From Candidatus Iainarchaeum sp. (GTDB lineage: Archaea > Iainarchaeota > Iainarchaeia > Iainarchaeales > JAAZKV01): a stretch of DNA of 64,000 nt. The notes beneath the pieces were generated by a model that saw only the letters and a program-made list of their open reading frames with translations, ran no database searches and had not been told where the DNA came from. Shown one piece after another: positions 60,949 through 64,000 of the stretch (the first letter of the stretch is position 1; each line of letters begins with the position of its first letter). The translations under genes and the position numbers were made by a program. Where the stretch lies: contig JAPLVR010000001.1 of the NCBI GenBank assembly GCA_026397015.1, positions 1 to 64,000 of the forward strand, read 5' to 3'.

Positions 60949-61052
60949 TAATTAAAAAAGCCGTCGGGCTGAATAAAAACGTTCGCAGAGTTTCGTGCCG
61001 GTGATATGCCAAATCAGGCGCAAACCCAGTTCGCAGTTTTCACGATTGAATG

Positions 61053-61083
61053 AAAAAAAGCGGAAGGGGGCGAACCCCCTCCG
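61053..61083 (-). terminator. Hairpin plus T7
   Basis: CGGAGGGGG-TTCG-CCCCCTTCCG then TTTTTTT on the minus strand. Confidence 0.65.
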
Positions 61084-61097
61084 AACAGTTAAATCCG

Positions 61098-61355
61098 TTA
61101 AACCATTTCGCCCGCCGAAACATCTTCGCTTTCTGAAATGATTGTCGCATCAACTTCGGCGTCCGTTGATGTTTCCCCAACCGGAGTCATCTCGCCTACG
61201 TTGATGTCCGAATCCCCCATGATTGTTGCATCGACTCCTCCGAGCGCGTCGGATTCGCTGCCGCCCAGATTGTCATTGGGTTTTTTTTCAGCGCAGCCAA
61301 TCACCACAAACAAAAGGCCGAGGCACAGGAGCAGCATTATTATTTTTCCTTTCAT
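61098..61355 (-). CDS. Small acidic lipoprotein
   Basis: VIGC lipobox; repeated VDATI....D...GEM. Confidence 0.7.
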   Translation of the reverse strand: MKGKIIMLLLCLGLLFVVIGCAEKKPNDNLGGSESDALGGVDATIMGDSDINVGEMTPVGETSTDAEVDATIISESEDVSAGEMV

Positions 61356-61367
61356 TTAGTAGCCCCC

Positions 61368-62207
61368 TTACTTCCTGCCCCTTATTTTTTGGGCGATTTT
61401 GTGAAGCACTTCCGCCCTTCTGCCAAGGCGCCTTGCTTCACGTTCCAGTATTCTTTCGCGGAGCTTTTCCTTTGCTTTCACAACCGCGGCGTTTTCAGCG
61501 ACTTTTCGCTTCGCGCCCAGTTCCTTGAATTCCTGCAAAGCCATTTTCCTTTCTTCAGGAGTCATATCCTGAAGGGCTTTGCGCACCGCCTCTTTTATTT
61601 CAGCGCGGGTCGCATTCCCGTCATTAACCCTCTGAATAAGGGCTTCGTCTGTTATGCCAACTATGCCGAAAATCTTAAGGGTTCCGGTTGCATTGTGCTC
61701 CTTTATAGCTTTCATTATTCTTTGGTTCAGCCCTGAAACGTTTTTGTCGTTTTGGATTGTTTTTATGTATTCCTTTATTTCCTGCATATCCTCCGCTTCA
61801 AGGTAATCCTTTGTTTCTGTTTTGAAATCCTGCGCCAGCGTGATGGATTCCTTTTTTATTTCAACGAATTGCTGCGCCAGCTCGTTTCCATCCCCTTCGG
61901 TTGGAAGCGCCTTCACCTCTTCTACAAGGCTTTTTAGTTCCTCAAGGGAAGCTTCCGCATCGCTTATATTTGCGTCAGGGTGGTTCGCTGCTATGACGTC
62001 AAGAACCTTCTCCCCTATAAGGACATTTTTTGTTATGGCTTTTTCCAGCTGCAACAGCCTTACTTCCGCCCCGTGCGGGGAGGCCATTGTTGCGACTTCG
62101 TTTGCATCCGTTTCGGTAAGCGAGGAATTAGTTTGTTCCGCACTTGCCAGCGGCGCAATCAGAAGCAGCGCAATCAGCACCAAAAAAGCAAATTTTTTTA
62201 TTTCCAT
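61368..62207 (-). CDS. Secreted helical protein
   Basis: AGGTG SD; signal peptide ending ASA; GAEVRLLQLEKAI. Confidence 0.75.
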   Translation of the reverse strand: MEIKKFAFLVLIALLLIAPLASAEQTNSSLTETDANEVATMASPHGAEVRLLQLEKAITKNVLIGEKVLDVIAANHPDANISDAEASLEELKSLVEEVKALPTEGDGNELAQQFVEIKKESITLAQDFKTETKDYLEAEDMQEIKEYIKTIQNDKNVSGLNQRIMKAIKEHNATGTLKIFGIVGITDEALIQRVNDGNATRAEIKEAVRKALQDMTPEERKMALQEFKELGAKRKVAENAAVVKAKEKLRERILEREARRLGRRAEVLHKIAQKIRGRK

Positions 62208-62326
62208 TATTAAAACACCTCTGCAATTACTTACGCCGGAACAGCAGTTATATTCTGCCCGAAAAAGGGCGGAACGAGGCGGAACAGGTGGAAAAATAGG
62301 CAAAAATTTGTTAAAAAGGAAGAGTT

Positions 62327-63073
62327 TTATTTTTTCAGGAAAACAACCATCGACATTCCCTTGCGCTCCTTCGAAATTATTTCCTTCCTTGCAAGGGAAT
62401 CGAGGTTCCTTGAAAGGGAAGCCTTTGGAAGCCCGAGGGATTTCTGGAGTTCCGACTGCATAACGGCGCTTCCTTTTTTTTCAAGGTAATCAATTATTTG
62501 AAGCTGCCTCTCCGTGAGGGATTCTTTGTTATATTTTTTGGGCGCCGGTTCAGTTTCGCGCGGGCTCTCCTTTTCCAAAAATTTTTTTTCCCTGAAAACC
62601 AGAAAATAAAGCACGGCGGCAATTGCCGCGAGGAACAAAAGCAGTAAAATTGCGGGCAGCACATAATCGGAAAAATTTTTCGGCAAAATGAGGTAATCCG
62701 CCTCGGCATTGAACTGGGAATTCTCAGCAACGCCTATTATCGATATCTGCGAACCGTTGGTTTCAACCCTATAATTGCCGGGGAGAACAATTTTTTCAAT
62801 TGAAGCGCCTTCCGGAAAAATGATTTCATAAACTATTTGTGAAAAGGTTTCCGGCGCGGAAATGTCGAGGCTCCAAATGGCGCCCTGTTTTGAAGTGAAT
62901 TCCTGCGTTTGCCCTGGAACAAAGAGTTCGTGATTTGAAGTTCCGCTTATTTCAGCCGAGCCGTTCTCGGACAGAACAATTTTAACATCGGCGTAATATT
63001 CCTGCGCGGCGCAGCTTGAAAGCAAAAGCACCGCGAAAAGCACGGGCAAAAAATTTCGAAATGCGCGAACCAT
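62327..63073 (-). CDS. Membrane-spanning regulator with C-terminal wHTH
   Basis: Signal, extracellular domain, TM, then LTERQ..I..QSEL...LPKASLSRNL..L..K..I...RKG. Confidence 0.85.
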   Translation of the reverse strand: MVRAFRNFLPVLFAVLLLSSCAAQEYYADVKIVLSENGSAEISGTSNHELFVPGQTQEFTSKQGAIWSLDISAPETFSQIVYEIIFPEGASIEKIVLPGNYRVETNGSQISIIGVAENSQFNAEADYLILPKNFSDYVLPAILLLLFLAAIAAVLYFLVFREKKFLEKESPRETEPAPKKYNKESLTERQLQIIDYLEKKGSAVMQSELQKSLGLPKASLSRNLDSLARKEIISKERKGMSMVVFLKK

Positions 63074-63270
63074 TTGAATACCTTATTGGTGGATAAGTTA
63101 TAATATTCTTTTGCGTCTGAAAATTGCCAATACAACAGGATAATTAAACGCCACAAAGAACATTATTCACAGTGTGCGCCCAGTGCAGACACCGAATCTG
63201 CGGCGAAGAACTGGAATCAAAATGCAACTGCCCACAGGGCTGCAACCCCTAACATTTCATAAATTTTGCC

Positions 63271-64000
63271 TTAAACATTGACGCCCAAAAGCTGGCGCAG
63301 CGCAAGGCCGATTAGGAAGGATACCGCGGCGACGCCGAGGCTGATGGAAGCCATTTCAATGAATTTTTTCCCGAAGGGCTGTTCGTTGATTGTTGACATG
63401 AAATAAGAAAAAATAATTACCACTAAAACGGCGTTTGTGAGTGTCAGGGCGAGCGCGGAATAATAATCCTTGAAAATAAAATATGGAAAGACAAGGAACA
63501 AAACTGTGAAGATGTAAGTTATTCCCGTGTAGATTGCGGCCTTCAAAGGATTTTTGTCACCCTCCGATTTTTTTGACAAGTATTCGGAAGAGGCCATCGA
63601 TAATGCGGCGGATATGCCCGTTATCAGCGCCGCAATGCTGACAATGGTGGTGTTTTGCAAGGCAAATGTAAGCCCCGCGATTGTTCCTGTCAGTTCAACC
63701 AATGCGTCGTTCAATCCAAGAACCATTGCCCCTATGTATTCGAGTTTTTCTTCGTTGATTAGTTTTGTGAGTTTTTTCTCATGCGCCGCCTCTTCAGCCA
63801 CTATTTTTTTTGCGGCGGGAATTTTTTCTATAAAACTTGCGTATTTCAGCTGGGCCTTTTTCTCGCCCTTTTCCATCAGCTTTATTGCAAATGTCAGGCC
63901 GGTCAGCTTCGCCAGCAGGGAATATTCCAAAACATGAAACATATCCGGTTTCACCTCCTTTTTGGAGTATTTTTTCCAGAAGTGGAAATGCTTCAGCTCG
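63271..64000 (-). CDS. Rubrerythrin-VIT1/CCC1 iron transporter (N-terminus beyond window)
   Basis: EE..HE, VLGLNDALVELTG, SMASSEYLS; frame open to window edge. Confidence 0.9.
   Translation of the reverse strand, partial: ELKHFHFWKKYSKKEVKPDMFHVLEYSLLAKLTGLTFAIKLMEKGEKKAQLKYASFIEKIPAAKKIVAEEAAHEKKLTKLINEEKLEYIGAMVLGLNDALVELTGTIAGLTFALQNTTIVSIAALITGISAALSMASSEYLSKKSEGDKNPLKAAIYTGITYIFTVLFLVFPYFIFKDYYSALALTLTNAVLVVIIFSYFMSTINEQPFGKKFIEMASISLGVAAVSFLIGLALRQLLGVNV

Noticed and set aside
60296-60964. IS element with 10-bp terminal inverted repeats around DUF3800
   Set aside because: Repeat is short and half poly-A/T, with no target-site duplication or transposase features
63148-63252. Cys-rich micro-ORF (CAQCRHRIC..CNCPQGC)
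   Set aside because: In-frame stop just upstream and no ATG or SD; cannot be supported as a gene

Overview
Chromosomal window from an archaeon with DPANN-like features (FEN1, DGGGP synthase, eL40/eL41, FtsZ2, BHB-intron tRNA, divergent archaeal rRNAs). Iainarchaeota/Diapherotrites is a plausible guess that cannot be confirmed without a search. Layout: (1) 1-6.2 kb, accessory island bounded by a 160-bp direct repeat ending in a degenerate tRNA-3'-like sequence, carrying an AbiE-type TA pair, two metallophosphoesterases and a metalloprotease lipoprotein; (2) 6.4-39.5 kb, housekeeping/metabolic region (U32/RlhA-like, trpB2, dapB-dapA-dapL-lysA, ndk, ftsZ, fen, lipid enzymes, tRNA-Asn, intron-containing tRNA-Glu, MazEF-like TA); (3) 40.0-45.6 kb, 16S-tRNA-Ala-ORF-23S with no 5S; (4) 45.7-61 kb, nuclease-rich defence-like island (type IIG RM, HNH, DUF488, PD-(D/E)xK, NYN, DUF3800, TA); (5) envelope genes to the end. 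Most notable: an unassigned ~226-nt structured RNA with its own TATA box and terminator; small structured RNAs attached to the DUF3800 and NYN nuclease genes; many substitutions at near-universal ribosomal PTC and decoding residues; a Trp-codon/tRNA-like leader on trpB2; and a covarying hairpin in front of all three tRNAs. All calls come from reading the sequence and motif recall; no searches or folding programs were run.
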